Shown here: one piece after another, positions 54,801-64,000 of the stretch
Position numbering within the stretch: position 1 is the first letter of the stretch
Layout: each line of letters starts with the position of its first letter
From: Acutalibacteraceae bacterium
GTDB taxonomy: Bacteria; Bacillota; Clostridia; Oscillospirales; Acutalibacteraceae
Reading direction: 5' to 3'
DNA: 64,000 bases
Assembly (NCBI GenBank): GCA_045660345.1
Contig: JAZRDP010000014.1
Location: forward strand, 6,615 to 70,614
The notes under the pieces: generated by a model
Told to the model about the DNA's origin: nothing
Database searches by the model: none
Seen by the model: only the letters and a program-made list of their open reading frames with translations
Program-made: the position numbers and the translations under genes

Positions 54801-56196
54801 ATTTATTATCTATTTTTTCAAAAGTGCTTCTTATTTCTGTTGTATCACCTGTTGCAAGGTAATATTCATATTGGTAAGGGTCAAAGCTTTTAAATGTTCT
54901 ATTTTTTACAATTGCGATATAAGATGTAGGACCATCTTTTGACGGGTCTTCGTTTGTGGTCTTTTCACGCTCGTAAACGCCTGCAAGGAAAGCCTCTTCG
55001 TTATCAACATAAACACCAATTCCGAAGCTATCCTCAAATTCACCTGTAAATGCCGACCAATTTTCCTTTGAATAAAAATTGGGGTAACCGGCATCCGGCC
55101 AGAAAATTAAATCAGGTTCGCATGTAAGCTTACCATTTGTCCAAGGCTTATCACCTTTGTAATAAACGAAATTATTTAAAGGTTCTATGCAGTAAAAAGC
55201 GGGAATTTCCTGGGTGGATTCTGCTTCAGGGTAACCCGAAAAATCAACGAATCTACATTTAGCGTGAACTGCACCATTTTCTAAAGAATATGTTGCTTCC
55301 ATATATGATGGGGTGATATATTCTTTTTCTTTTGCCCAGTCAAGGGGACGGCATTTTATGTAAATACTGTTTTCTGTAACCTTTAAATCAACAATTTTAC
55401 TTGCATCATTAAACTGATTACCGCCCTGAACTGGGTTGTATCTCCAGTCATTATCCATATACACACCATGGTCATAATCAAGAGTGCCATAGTAGGATTG
55501 CTGAACAAGTCTGCCCGTATCGTTGCGGTTTATAAGATTTACATTGTTATTAACGGGTTCTGCATTGTAGCGTTCGCTTGCATTGGAGTCAACCTTGATT
55601 TTGCCGTCAACAGAAACCGCCTGAACATTGGAATCAAGGTCTTCAAGATAGCTCAAAGCACCGCCCCATAATAAATCAATTCCTAATTTATGAGTATCAT
55701 TTTGAATGAAGATTTCCTGTTGGGGAATTTCACGGTTAAAAACAGAAATACCATAAATTTTTATGTCTTTTTTAGCTTCTGTCAGTGGCTCAAAGGTAAT
55801 TGAAGCGATTTTGTTGCCCTTTTTACCTGCCAAAGCATCGTCAACAAAGGAATAAAAGGTTGTTTTTTTCTTGGCAGGCTCTAAAAAGAAATCCTCAGTT
55901 TTTGCTTTAATTCCCGCAGAATAAATGATGGTTGCCTTTACATAGCAATCGGAAGAATATTCGATTCCGTAATAGTTAAACCAACCGCAATTAACGGAAA
56001 GGTCTAAGACTTGGGGCTCTGATTCGCTTTTGGCAACTGCGACTACGGCGGTTTCTTTTAAAAGTGAAATTTCGTTTTTCATTTCGAAGTTATCAGTTGT
56101 TTGGAAAAAGCTTGTTATATAAGCAGAAAAAATTGATGCAGGAATAAGAATAAAGCCCAATAAAATAAGAACAGTGTTTTTAAAACTCTTTTTCAT
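54799..56196 (-). CDS. Membrane-anchored extracytoplasmic protein, unknown function
   Basis: 465 aa. N-terminal anchor LILLGFILIPASIFSAYI. No family recognised. It is the last gene of the GH78-SGNH-GH127 unit, with a 9-nt gap. Confidence 0.6.
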   Translation of the reverse strand: MKKSFKNTVLILLGFILIPASIFSAYITSFFQTTDNFEMKNEISLLKETAVVAVAKSESEPQVLDLSVNCGWFNYYGIEYSSDCYVKATIIYSAGIKAKTEDFFLEPAKKKTTFYSFVDDALAGKKGNKIASITFEPLTEAKKDIKIYGISVFNREIPQQEIFIQNDTHKLGIDLLWGGALSYLEDLDSNVQAVSVDGKIKVDSNASERYNAEPVNNNVNLINRNDTGRLVQQSYYGTLDYDHGVYMDNDWRYNPVQGGNQFNDASKIVDLKVTENSIYIKCRPLDWAKEKEYITPSYMEATYSLENGAVHAKCRFVDFSGYPEAESTQEIPAFYCIEPLNNFVYYKGDKPWTNGKLTCEPDLIFWPDAGYPNFYSKENWSAFTGEFEDSFGIGVYVDNEEAFLAGVYEREKTTNEDPSKDGPTSYIAIVKNRTFKSFDPYQYEYYLATGDTTEIRSTFEKIDNK

Positions 56197-56205
56197 AAAT
56201 ACTCC

Positions 56206-58017
56206 TTATTTTTTAAGCACCCAGACAAGCATATCTGTTTCGCCACGGTTTGCATAGGCAAAATATGGGATGAATTTAAGGTTTGTTTCAATAAGCTCTT
56301 CCGTTGCTTCAAAATAAAGACTGTCGTTTTCAGGCTCTTTATATGCTTTAAGAAGAATATTGGGAACTAAAAATTCTTTTTCGAAAATTTCAGCTTTTTC
56401 TTTAATATCAATTCTTATTGAATTCAAATCCTTGCCGTTATCAATACCTTCAAGGCAGTAAACAACAGGGCCTCTCATAACCGCTACTCGTCCTGCACAT
56501 TCGTGAACCTTTTTATTTGCAGAAATGAACATAACAGGCATTGAAAGAGTTAAAAGAATTTCATCATTTTCTGAAGCTTCTATGTAAGCATAGCCGTCTT
56601 TGAGAGTGTAAGCCTTGTTGATTTCAAAATTCTTACACCATCCGGGAATTCTCATAGCAACATATTTTTTGTTGCTATTTTTAATTTTGATTTTAATCTC
56701 TTCTGTTGAGGGGTAGTCTGTAATCTGTGAAACTGTCATTCCATCAAATTCGGCATCAGAATTCATATATTGATTAACAAAAAGTGTATCATCAGTATAA
56801 GAATAAAGATATTCGCCGATTGAAGAAATAAATCTTATAACATTGGGAGGACAGCAGGAGCAGTCGAAAACTTCTTTTCGCTGAGTAATGGGAAAACGCT
56901 TTCCGCCGTCAGTACATTTATTTACATTATTGAAATCAACATCAATTTCAAGAGGATTTTCATAGAAAAAGCCTTTGCCATCCATTGAAATGCCCGAAAT
57001 AGAGCCGTTATACATAACCTTTTCAACCGCATCCCCATATTTGCCGTGAGGATTTAATTTAATCATTCGGTTTGCAAAAAATGCAAGAGCAATTGATGCG
57101 CAGGTTTCTGCATAAGCATCTCGGTTGGGCAAATCGTAGTCAATTGTAAAGGATTCGCCGTGGCAGGTGCTACCTGTTGCACCGGTTATATACATTCTTT
57201 TGTCAATAATATTCATAAAGCAACGGTCTGCTGCTTCAAAAAGCTCTTTATCATCATAAATAAGCGCAAGGTCTGCCATAGCGCAGAAAAGATAAAGCGC
57301 TCTTACACAATGTCCGTCTGCGGTGCTTCTCTCTCTTAAAGGTGAATCATCCTGATTATAAAGCTCGTTGCAACCTTTGTACATAGGCTGGTCATCAGGA
57401 TTAGAACCGTGATTATCAATAAAGAATTTTGAAAGCTCAAGATAGCGTTTTTCCCCTGTTGCTTCAAAAAGCTTAACAAGTGCAAGTTCAATTTCGGGAT
57501 GACCGGGTGTTATGAACTTTGCAGTTTTTTCTATAACAAAAACCTTTTCGATATAGTCGGCGTATTTGCACATAGCATCAAGGAACTCTTGTTTGCCTGT
57601 TGCCTCGTAGTATGCAACTGCCGCTTCCATAAGATGCCCTGCACAATAAAGCTCATGTTCGGTTCGGTCTGTAAACCGTTCACCTGTTACAAGAAAATGA
57701 CTGTTAAAATAGCCGTTTTCATCTCTGTTTTTTATTATTTTTTCAATAGCCTCATCAGTGAGTTTTACAAGTTCATCGTTTTCCGAATAATTAAGGCTGT
57801 AAGCAAGACCCTCAATCCATTTTGCAATATCGGAATCCCAGAAAACGTGGGGCATATCGGGGTCGCCCTCTTTCCAGGTGCAATCGAGAGCATCAAAACG
57901 GTGAGTTTCTTTAAATCTGTCATAAACTGATTTAAGAGTAACATTGTTCACCATATCCTGCTTTACTTTCCAAAAGCCGCCGGTGATTTTAATATTTTTG
58001 CAACTAACTGTTTTCAT
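56206..58017 (-). CDS. GH127 family beta-L-arabinofuranosidase-like protein (DUF1680)
   Basis: ORF trimmed to MKTVSCKNIKITGGFW (ATG 58017), which avoids overlap with the SGNH gene. CSCCPPN Cys motif typical of GH127. Confidence 0.8.
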   Translation of the reverse strand: MKTVSCKNIKITGGFWKVKQDMVNNVTLKSVYDRFKETHRFDALDCTWKEGDPDMPHVFWDSDIAKWIEGLAYSLNYSENDELVKLTDEAIEKIIKNRDENGYFNSHFLVTGERFTDRTEHELYCAGHLMEAAVAYYEATGKQEFLDAMCKYADYIEKVFVIEKTAKFITPGHPEIELALVKLFEATGEKRYLELSKFFIDNHGSNPDDQPMYKGCNELYNQDDSPLRERSTADGHCVRALYLFCAMADLALIYDDKELFEAADRCFMNIIDKRMYITGATGSTCHGESFTIDYDLPNRDAYAETCASIALAFFANRMIKLNPHGKYGDAVEKVMYNGSISGISMDGKGFFYENPLEIDVDFNNVNKCTDGGKRFPITQRKEVFDCSCCPPNVIRFISSIGEYLYSYTDDTLFVNQYMNSDAEFDGMTVSQITDYPSTEEIKIKIKNSNKKYVAMRIPGWCKNFEINKAYTLKDGYAYIEASENDEILLTLSMPVMFISANKKVHECAGRVAVMRGPVVYCLEGIDNGKDLNSIRIDIKEKAEIFEKEFLVPNILLKAYKEPENDSLYFEATEELIETNLKFIPYFAYANRGETDMLVWVLKK

Positions 58018-58028
58018 AATAAAACCTC

Positions 58029-58685
58029 TTATCTGTTTTCGAGTCTTTCTTTTACACATTCTTTCCAACGGCGGGCAATAAGCTGATGTCCCGCAGTTGT
58101 AGGATGAACACCATCCCAAAGAAGCTTGTAAATATCTGTTTTATCTCTGTAAGAATCAAATAAATCCTGCAAAGGAACAAAAACTGCGTTGTAATCCTCT
58201 GCAATTTTTTTAGCCTTTTCCTGAAAAGCACCAATACCGCTTTTGAAGAAAATATCAAGCTCTTCTTCGGGTTTATCTCCGAAAAATGGTTCCATAATAA
58301 CTAAAAAAGTGTCGGGATTTTGCTCCAATACCTCGTCAAGAAGAAGTCGGTAGATTTTTTCATATCTGTCAGGGTCTGAGCCTGACTGATGCTCCCAGTT
58401 GAAAATCATATCGTTAATACCAATAAGAATACTGAGAACTGTGGGCTTTAAATTGAGGCAATCCTCTTTCCATCTGCCGTAAAGGTCGGAAATCCTATCA
58501 CCGCTGTTGCCACGATTTATAAATTCAATATTTTTCTCAATATTATCAGCTCCAAGCTCGGAAGCTAAAATATATTGATAACCGTGGCCGTGAACATGGT
58601 TAAGGTCAGAGTGGCGTCCGCGATTACCATCTGTTATAGAATCTCCCTGAAAGAGAATAATGTCATTATCTTTGAGTTTGATCAT
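58029..58685 (-). CDS. SGNH/GDSL family hydrolase (esterase)
   Basis: 218 aa. Block I FQGDSITDG, block III GIND and block V DGVHPT. Confidence 0.85.
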   Translation of the reverse strand: MIKLKDNDIILFQGDSITDGNRGRHSDLNHVHGHGYQYILASELGADNIEKNIEFINRGNSGDRISDLYGRWKEDCLNLKPTVLSILIGINDMIFNWEHQSGSDPDRYEKIYRLLLDEVLEQNPDTFLVIMEPFFGDKPEEELDIFFKSGIGAFQEKAKKIAEDYNAVFVPLQDLFDSYRDKTDIYKLLWDGVHPTTAGHQLIARRWKECVKERLENR

Positions 58686-58727
58686 AAAAACACCTCAAAA
58701 AAAGAATAACATTTTAAAGATTTAGTG

Positions 58728-58762
58728 TCAATAAAAAACTCCACCTCAAACGAGATGGAGTT
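58728..58762 (-). terminator. Terminator-like hairpin between the GH78 and SGNH genes
   Basis: AACTCCACCTC / GAGATGGAGTT (58737-58762), followed on the minus strand by TTTTTTAT. Confidence 0.6.
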
Positions 58763-58768
58763 TGATTT

Positions 58769-60967
58769 TTAGAATCCTTTATATTCAAACACAGTATTAT
58801 ATGTTCCGCTTTCGAATTCGTATTCCTCGTCATCAAGGTAGAGGGTTGCATGTGAACCGTTAGGAATTGTAAAGCTGAATTTACATTCGTCGCCGTTGCC
58901 TGTGTATTCCCAAGAAGAAATTACTTCACCGTTTTCTGTGAGAATTCTTGATTTAGCGTAGCCTAATTCCTTTGCGGGAAGAGGACGGAAAATAATGTGC
59001 TTGTAAGCAGGCTCATTGAAATCGCTGTCGATACCTGCAACTGTTGTGTAGAGCCAGTCACCAACTGAGCCGTAAGCATAGTGGTTGAAGGAGTTCATTT
59101 CGGGAGTTGCGAAGGAGCCGTCCTTCTTCATACCATCCCAACGCTCCCACATTGTTGTAGCACCTCTTGTTACAGGGAAGAGCCAGGAGGGGAATTCCTT
59201 TCTGAAAAGGAGCTTATATGCAAGGTCAGTTCTGCCGATTTTTGTTAAGGTGTGGAGAAGATAGGGTGTACCTACGAATCCTGTTTTAAGATGTCCGCAG
59301 TTTTCGATATCTTTAACAAGCTTTTCTGCTTCTCTTTCAGGATTATCTGTAAGATTAAAGTAGAGAGCGAGAACATTTGAAGTCTGAGTTTCGTGCTCAG
59401 TTTTGCCTGTGTTGAGATATACTTCTCTGTACTTTTTAACAGTAAGCTCGTAAAGCTCCTCGAAATAGCTCATATCCTCGCCGATAACCTTACCCATTTC
59501 AATAAAGAGTGAGTTTGAGTATGCAAAGAATGCTGTGCCGATAAGGAATTTATCTGTAAGACCGCCTGTTGCTTCGTCGCCTGCGTCAAGAGAGAGCCAG
59601 TCGCCGAAATGGTGGTCATGAGTATCGAAAAGACCTCTTTGAGAGCCCTTGGATTCCATAAAGAGAATCCATTTTTTCATAGCCTCAAAATTGTCTTTGA
59701 TAATTTCTGTTTTACCATAGGTTCTGTAAACCCAATAAGGAACAATAACCATAGCGTCTGCCCATGCAGATGAGCCATAGGAATCCCATGCAAGATCAGG
59801 GCAAACATGGGGAATACCGCCGTCCTCGTGCTGGTCTGCTGCAAGGTCATTAAGCCATTTCTTGAAGAATTTGTCGGTTCTGTATGTAGTTGAAGCAGTT
59901 CTTGCGAAAACCTGAGCGTCACCTGTCCAGCCCAGTCTTTCGTCACGCTGGGGGCAGTCTGTGGGAACATCAAGGAAATTGCCTCTCTGACCCCATACAA
60001 TGTTTTCATAAAGCTGCTGAATAAGGTCATGTCCGCAAGCGAAATAGCCTGTTCTCTTCATATTTGAGAAAACAACAACCGCTTTGAAATTTTCAATGTC
60101 AATTTCATCCTTGTTAAAGCCCTCAAGCTTGATATATCTGAAGCCCATAAAAGAGAAGTGGGGCTTATAGACTCTTTCGTTTCCGTCAGAGGTTATATGC
60201 ACCTGAGCTTTTGCACCACGAAGGTTTTCTGTATAGAAATTGCCGTCCTTGTCAAGAATTTCTGCATGGTAGATAGTAAACTCTGCGCCCTTTCTCTGAG
60301 GAACAACCCATTCAACATAGCCTGTGAGATTCTGACCGAAGTCAATAACTGTTTCGCCCTTGGGTGTTGTAATAAGCTTGACTGCGCTAAGAGTAGCCAT
60401 TTCGCGGGTTTCTTCGCCCTCGGTGGGAATAAGAATTTCCTTGTTCACATCGTTAAGCTCTCTGACAGCGAAGGTTTCATCAGTGTTGAAGGTGAAATCA
60501 ACTGTTTCACCATTGTATACAGAGGAGTCAAGAATATTGCTTTTTGCACATTCCCATGTTGAGTCGGTAGGAATAAAATCCTCTGTGCCGTCAGCATATT
60601 CTATTTTAACTGCAGCAATAAGAGCAGAATCGTTGCAAGTAATGCTTTCATAATTTTCGTGACGATTTTTGTGGAAGCGCATACCGTTGCCAACTGCAAT
60701 TTCAAGAACATTACATTCCTCCATCATAGAGGTTATATCATATTCCTGATACTGAAGTCTTTTGCCGTAAGAGGTCCAACCGGGAGCAAAAATGAATTTG
60801 CCAACTCGCTGACTGTTAAGATATGCTTCATAGTAGCCTAAAGCAGAGCAGAGAAGAGTTGCCTTGTTGATTTTTTTATCAAGCCAGATAACCTTTTTGA
60901 AAACGGGAACAACAGTACCGAAATCAACGGCTTCCTTGATAAATTTTGCATCTTTTATGTTTGACAT
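58769..60967 (-). CDS. GH78 family alpha-L-rhamnosidase
   Basis: ORF trimmed to MSNIKDAKFI (ATG 60967, GGAAGGAAG SD). DCPQRDERLGWTGD motif and collinear rhamnosidase domains. Confidence 0.88.
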   Translation of the reverse strand: MSNIKDAKFIKEAVDFGTVVPVFKKVIWLDKKINKATLLCSALGYYEAYLNSQRVGKFIFAPGWTSYGKRLQYQEYDITSMMEECNVLEIAVGNGMRFHKNRHENYESITCNDSALIAAVKIEYADGTEDFIPTDSTWECAKSNILDSSVYNGETVDFTFNTDETFAVRELNDVNKEILIPTEGEETREMATLSAVKLITTPKGETVIDFGQNLTGYVEWVVPQRKGAEFTIYHAEILDKDGNFYTENLRGAKAQVHITSDGNERVYKPHFSFMGFRYIKLEGFNKDEIDIENFKAVVVFSNMKRTGYFACGHDLIQQLYENIVWGQRGNFLDVPTDCPQRDERLGWTGDAQVFARTASTTYRTDKFFKKWLNDLAADQHEDGGIPHVCPDLAWDSYGSSAWADAMVIVPYWVYRTYGKTEIIKDNFEAMKKWILFMESKGSQRGLFDTHDHHFGDWLSLDAGDEATGGLTDKFLIGTAFFAYSNSLFIEMGKVIGEDMSYFEELYELTVKKYREVYLNTGKTEHETQTSNVLALYFNLTDNPEREAEKLVKDIENCGHLKTGFVGTPYLLHTLTKIGRTDLAYKLLFRKEFPSWLFPVTRGATTMWERWDGMKKDGSFATPEMNSFNHYAYGSVGDWLYTTVAGIDSDFNEPAYKHIIFRPLPAKELGYAKSRILTENGEVISSWEYTGNGDECKFSFTIPNGSHATLYLDDEEYEFESGTYNTVFEYKGF

Positions 60968-61023
60968 AATATCTTCCTTCCTGAAGAAATTGTGCGGTAC
61001 AGGCAAGCCTGTACCCTACGGTA

Positions 61024-61051
61024 TTGACAATGAAATTTCAAATTGTATAAT
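61024..61051 (+). promoter_or_regulatory. Sigma-A-type promoter of rsmA
   Basis: TTGACA (61024-61029), 16-nt spacer, TATAAT (61046-61051). Confidence 0.65.
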
Positions 61052-61096
61052 TATATTATCTTAGTTATCGCTCTTTTTCAAGAGTTGGAGGCAAAA

Positions 61097-61951
61097 ATGA
61101 GAAATCTTTCAGATATAAATGTTATAAAATCCGTAATGGGTAAGCACGGTGTTACCTTCAATAAGGGATTAGGACAGAATTTCCTTGTTGACCCCGAGGT
61201 TTGTCCTGCTATGGCAGAGGCGGCAGGTCTTGGTGAAAACACATGTGCAATTGAAATCGGCCCCGGTGTTGGCGTTTTGACTGCAGAGCTTGCTAAAAGG
61301 GCAGGTAAGGTTTTAAGCTTTGAGGTTGATAAAAGGCTTTTACCCGTACTTGATGAAACACTTTCGGATTTCAATAATGTTGAAATTATCAATGAAGATG
61401 TTATGAAAGCCGATTTACCCGGTATCATTGAGGAAAAATGCAAGGGTATGGAAATTTCTGTTGTTGCAAACCTTCCTTATTACATCACTTCTCCGATAAT
61501 TATGCTTCTTTTGGAAAGTAAATTGCCTATTAAAAATATTACTGTTATGGTTCAGAAGGAAGCAGCTGACAGACTTTGTGCAGAGGTTGGCTCCCGTGAT
61601 GGTGGAGCAGTTACCGTTGCAGTTTCATATTATTCCGAAAGCGAAAAGCTTTTCTTTGTTCCCAGAGATTCATTTTTGCCACCACCCAAGGTCAACAGCG
61701 AGGTTATTCAGTTAACTGTAAGAAAAGAACCACCCGTTAAGATCCAGAACGAGGAATTTTTCTTTAAATTAGTCAAAGCCGCATTTTCTCAAAGAAGAAA
61801 AACTGCGGAAAATTCTATAAGCGCAGGGCTTGGTATAAACAAAAATATCGTTGCCGCAGCACTTGAAGAAGCCAGTCTTGAAAGAACAGTAAGAGCAGAA
61901 AAGCTGACAATGGAAGATTTTGCAACACTTGCAGAGTTGTTAGAAAATTAA
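61097..61951 (+). CDS. rsmA: 16S rRNA (adenine1518/1519-N6)-dimethyltransferase
   Basis: ORF trimmed to MRNLSDIN (ATG 61097, GGAGG SD). LGQNFL, EIGPGVG and NLPYYITSPI motifs. Confidence 0.93.
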   Translation: MRNLSDINVIKSVMGKHGVTFNKGLGQNFLVDPEVCPAMAEAAGLGENTCAIEIGPGVGVLTAELAKRAGKVLSFEVDKRLLPVLDETLSDFNNVEIINEDVMKADLPGIIEEKCKGMEISVVANLPYYITSPIIMLLLESKLPIKNITVMVQKEAADRLCAEVGSRDGGAVTVAVSYYSESEKLFFVPRDSFLPPPKVNSEVIQLTVRKEPPVKIQNEEFFFKLVKAAFSQRRKTAENSISAGLGINKNIVAAALEEASLERTVRAEKLTMEDFATLAELLEN

Positions 61952-61967
61952 AAAAAGGTAATATGGT

Positions 61968-62195
61968 ATGACAAAAACTGAATTACTTGATAAATTAAAT
62001 AAAGAAAATATATCGACAGATATAGTCAGTTTCGATGATCCTATAAAAGATGGTTTATGTTTACGTAAGGTTTATTATCGTTGGGAAGTTTTTTACAGAG
62101 AACGAGGACAAGAGTATAATGTTATAGGTTTTCCATCGGAAAGTGATGCTTTGCAATATATGTATGAAAAACTTTTAAGTTTATATAAAAAATAA
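61968..62195 (+). CDS. Small cytoplasmic protein, unknown function
   Basis: 75 aa, 16 nt after rsmA, followed by a strong terminator. No family recognised. Confidence 0.45.
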   Translation: MTKTELLDKLNKENISTDIVSFDDPIKDGLCLRKVYYRWEVFYRERGQEYNVIGFPSESDALQYMYEKLLSLYKK

Positions 62196-62202
62196 TTTAT
62201 AA

Positions 62203-62236
62203 AACACCGTTCAATCGAACGGTGTTTTTTGTTTTT
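62203..62236 (+). terminator. Rho-independent terminator
   Basis: ACACCGTTC AATC GAACGGTGT, followed by TTTTTTGTTTTT. Confidence 0.85.
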
Positions 62237-62306
62237 GTAACTGTATAAAGAAGTTGTTTCTGTCAATAAATAATATAAAAATAGATGAAAAACAGGAGGA
62301 CATATT

Positions 62307-63137
62307 ATGAGCGACAGAAACAGAAATGATAACGACAAAAACCCATTAGAAATTCCCGAAAACACACCATCAAGTCAGCCCAAACCCATCAGAGCTGCAA
62401 AAAATGATAAAACAATGAAAAAGGTAAAATATGCCTATGCTTTTGCCTTGCTTCTTGCTTTAGGTACTGTTCTTATTGCAAAAATTTCAACAGAAAAAGC
62501 TCTTGGAAACCTTGCACCCATTGAAAGCGATTATGTAACAATCACTACGGAGAAAGTTACAAGCAAAGACAGTGAATTTCTTACTACCGAGCCTGATTTT
62601 GAGGTAAGGCAGAATCTTACGGATGTTCCCGATACAAGAGAAGAAACCGAGGAACAGACAGAAGAAAATACAGATGAAGAAACAAAAGAAAAAACCACCC
62701 AAAGTAGCAAGTATGCAACACCATATCAGGATTATTATACGCTTCCCTTGGGAACAGATATTTTAAAGGATTATTCACCTGAAAAGCTCACATATAGCGC
62801 AACAATGGGCGATTGGCGAACCCATTCGGGAATTGATTTTAAAGCAGCCGAGGGTGAGCAGGTAAAAGCAATTTCCTATGGTACTGTAAAAAATATTTAT
62901 GATGATGCCCTTTGGGGAACAATTGTTGAAATCGACCACGGCAACGGCGTAATTGCAAAATACTGCGGTTTTAACAAAGATACCCTTGAAATCAAAAAAG
63001 GTGCAACAGTTGAAGGCGGCTCACTTTTAGGCTATCTCGGCACAATCCCTTGCGAAAAATCAGAATTAAGCCACTTGCATTTTGAAATTGTCTATAATGG
63101 TGAAAATGTTGAGCCACTTGAATTGATGGGAAAATAA
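62307..63137 (+). CDS. M23 family (LytM-type) metallopeptidase, membrane-anchored
   Basis: 276 aa. TM helix, acidic T/E-rich linker, HSGIDF and HLHFE zinc motifs. Confidence 0.88.
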   Translation: MSDRNRNDNDKNPLEIPENTPSSQPKPIRAAKNDKTMKKVKYAYAFALLLALGTVLIAKISTEKALGNLAPIESDYVTITTEKVTSKDSEFLTTEPDFEVRQNLTDVPDTREETEEQTEENTDEETKEKTTQSSKYATPYQDYYTLPLGTDILKDYSPEKLTYSATMGDWRTHSGIDFKAAEGEQVKAISYGTVKNIYDDALWGTIVEIDHGNGVIAKYCGFNKDTLEIKKGATVEGGSLLGYLGTIPCEKSELSHLHFEIVYNGENVEPLELMGK

Positions 63138-63168
63138 AACAGAGGACGGATTCCGTCCTCTGTTTTTA
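63138..63168 (+). terminator. Rho-independent terminator after the M23 gene
   Basis: AACAGAGGACGG ATT CCGTCCTCTGTT with a T-run. Confidence 0.85.
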
Positions 63169-63201
63169 TACTATAAAATTGTTGAAAGCAATTATTATCA
63201 T

Positions 63202-63251
63202 CCCTGTTTTGTCGCAGACAAAATAGGGAGGGGGACCATCGCTTGCGATGG
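63202..63251. repeat. REP-like hairpin pair
   Basis: CCCTGTTTTGTC GCA GACAAAATAGGG (63202-63228) and CCATCG CTTG CGATGG (63236-63251). The first arm shares CTGTTTTnTC with the hairpin at 26709-26720. Confidence 0.55.
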
Positions 63252-63318
63252 TGGTGGGTTGCCCCATAAAGAAGTTCACTTTGTAAAAGTATTGCAAACT
63301 TCCAACTTGCCACTTCAA

Positions 63319-64000
63319 TTAAACTGTTTTTCTTATCGAATCAAAAAACTCATTATATCTGTCTACCCATTTCTGAACATCTTTTCTGTCGTATTTATTG
63401 GGTAAATAGGTTTCGGTTACAGCTAGCTTTCCCATCCAAACTGCAAAGTTTGAGAATTTTTCTTTTAAAATAACATTTTCTCTTAATTGACGGATTTTAT
63501 CTTTTATTAATGCTCTGCCTGATGCACCGAAAAGGTTATCAAATTTATTTGTCATAATTTGTGCAAGGTCTTCTGTTGTGAAAATGCCTGATTTTAAAAT
63601 ATCGTTTATTTCCTGGGCGGTGAAATAGGTCATCAGGTTTTTCAGAAGAGCCAACCGACCGATAGCGAAACCAAATTCCTTGAAGAATCCTCGCTGATAT
63701 TCCCAAAGAGTTTCGGTGTTATATAAAGCGTTTGTGTCATTTGCAATTACTTCTGCAAGAATTGCTCCCGCCTTCATAGCCAAGGCTATGCCCGAGCCTT
63801 TTGTTGGGTAGGTCATAAATGCACTGTCGCCAACTGCTGCGTAGCCGTCTGCAACCAATACACCAAGAGGCTGACAAACGGGGATTTTATCATACTGACC
63901 GCCACGGATGTAATTTTTGCTGATATGTGGGTAGTCCTCTGATATTTTTCTCAGTTCTGTTAAAACCTCATCCTGAGTTAAGGGCTCGAAGCGACAAATG
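63319..64000 (-). CDS. FAD-dependent oxidoreductase (geranylgeranyl-reductase-like), C-terminal part; gene continues past the window end
   Basis: The reading frame stays open from 63319 to position 64000 (my translation: ...GGQYDKIPVCQPLGVLVADGYAAVGDSAFMTYPTKGSGIALAMKAG...). GD motif typical of this flavoprotein family. Confidence 0.6.
   Translation of the reverse strand, partial: ICRFEPLTQDEVLTELRKISEDYPHISKNYIRGGQYDKIPVCQPLGVLVADGYAAVGDSAFMTYPTKGSGIALAMKAGAILAEVIANDTNALYNTETLWEYQRGFFKEFGFAIGRLALLKNLMTYFTAQEINDILKSGIFTTEDLAQIMTNKFDNLFGASGRALIKDKIRQLRENVILKEKFSNFAVWMGKLAVTETYLPNKYDRKDVQKWVDRYNEFFDSIRKTV

Noticed and set aside
58018-58119. N-terminal 34 codons of the GH127 ORF-track call, which overlap the SGNH gene.
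   Set aside because: This is Cys/Arg-rich non-homologous sequence overlapping the upstream gene by about 90 nt. The internal start MKTVSCKNIKITGGFW matches the usual GH127 N-terminus.
1-64000. Searched by eye for CRISPR arrays, IS or transposase genes, integrases, phage modules, reverse transcriptases, toxin-antitoxin pairs and known defense genes.
   Set aside because: None found. There are no direct-repeat/spacer arrays, and no ORF has transposase, integrase or RT motifs. The window looks like core chromosome plus metabolic genes.

Overview
This window is the chromosomal replication-origin region of a low-GC Firmicute, probably a Clostridia-type anaerobe. The core is the classical minus-strand block dnaA-dnaN-yaaA-recF-remB-gyrB-gyrA (18.9-28.1 kb). 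The predominant coding strand switches at about 26.3-28.4 kb. Left of the origin are housekeeping genes: a recG fragment, a dnaB/dnaD-like plus dnaI-like loader pair, an EF-G2-type paralog, aspS, efp and an LCP protein. This side also carries an MFS transporter, an SPFH protein, an ABC-2 exporter and two parS sites. Right of the origin are rarA, membrane proteins, a lysine-riboswitch-controlled NhaC-family carrier, fucI, one tRNA-Leu(GAG) and a loose collection of glycan-degrading and phosphoesterase genes (GHL6-like, GH92, GH127, GH78, SGNH, beta-helix protein, alkaline phosphatase, PHP, metallophosphoesterase). The window ends with rsmA, an M23 peptidase and a partial FAD oxidoreductase. I found no CRISPR array, transposase, integrase, phage gene or recognisable defense system, and no clear novel multi-gene system. 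The signals most worth a second look are small and mostly non-coding. They are: an origin spacer with DnaA-trio-like repeats and tandem TGTTCAAAA 9-mers but no consensus DnaA box; REP-like multi-hairpin elements; a 156-nt element with 25-bp terminal inverted repeats in the ABC operon leader; a stand-alone candidate sRNA with a CCCCTCCTC motif; and several unusual operon couplings. These couplings are a surface propeller protein with the helicase loader genes, rarA with two paralogous tail-anchored membrane proteins, and efp with a Cys-rich acidic protein. All family assignments come from motif recognition by eye; no searches were run.
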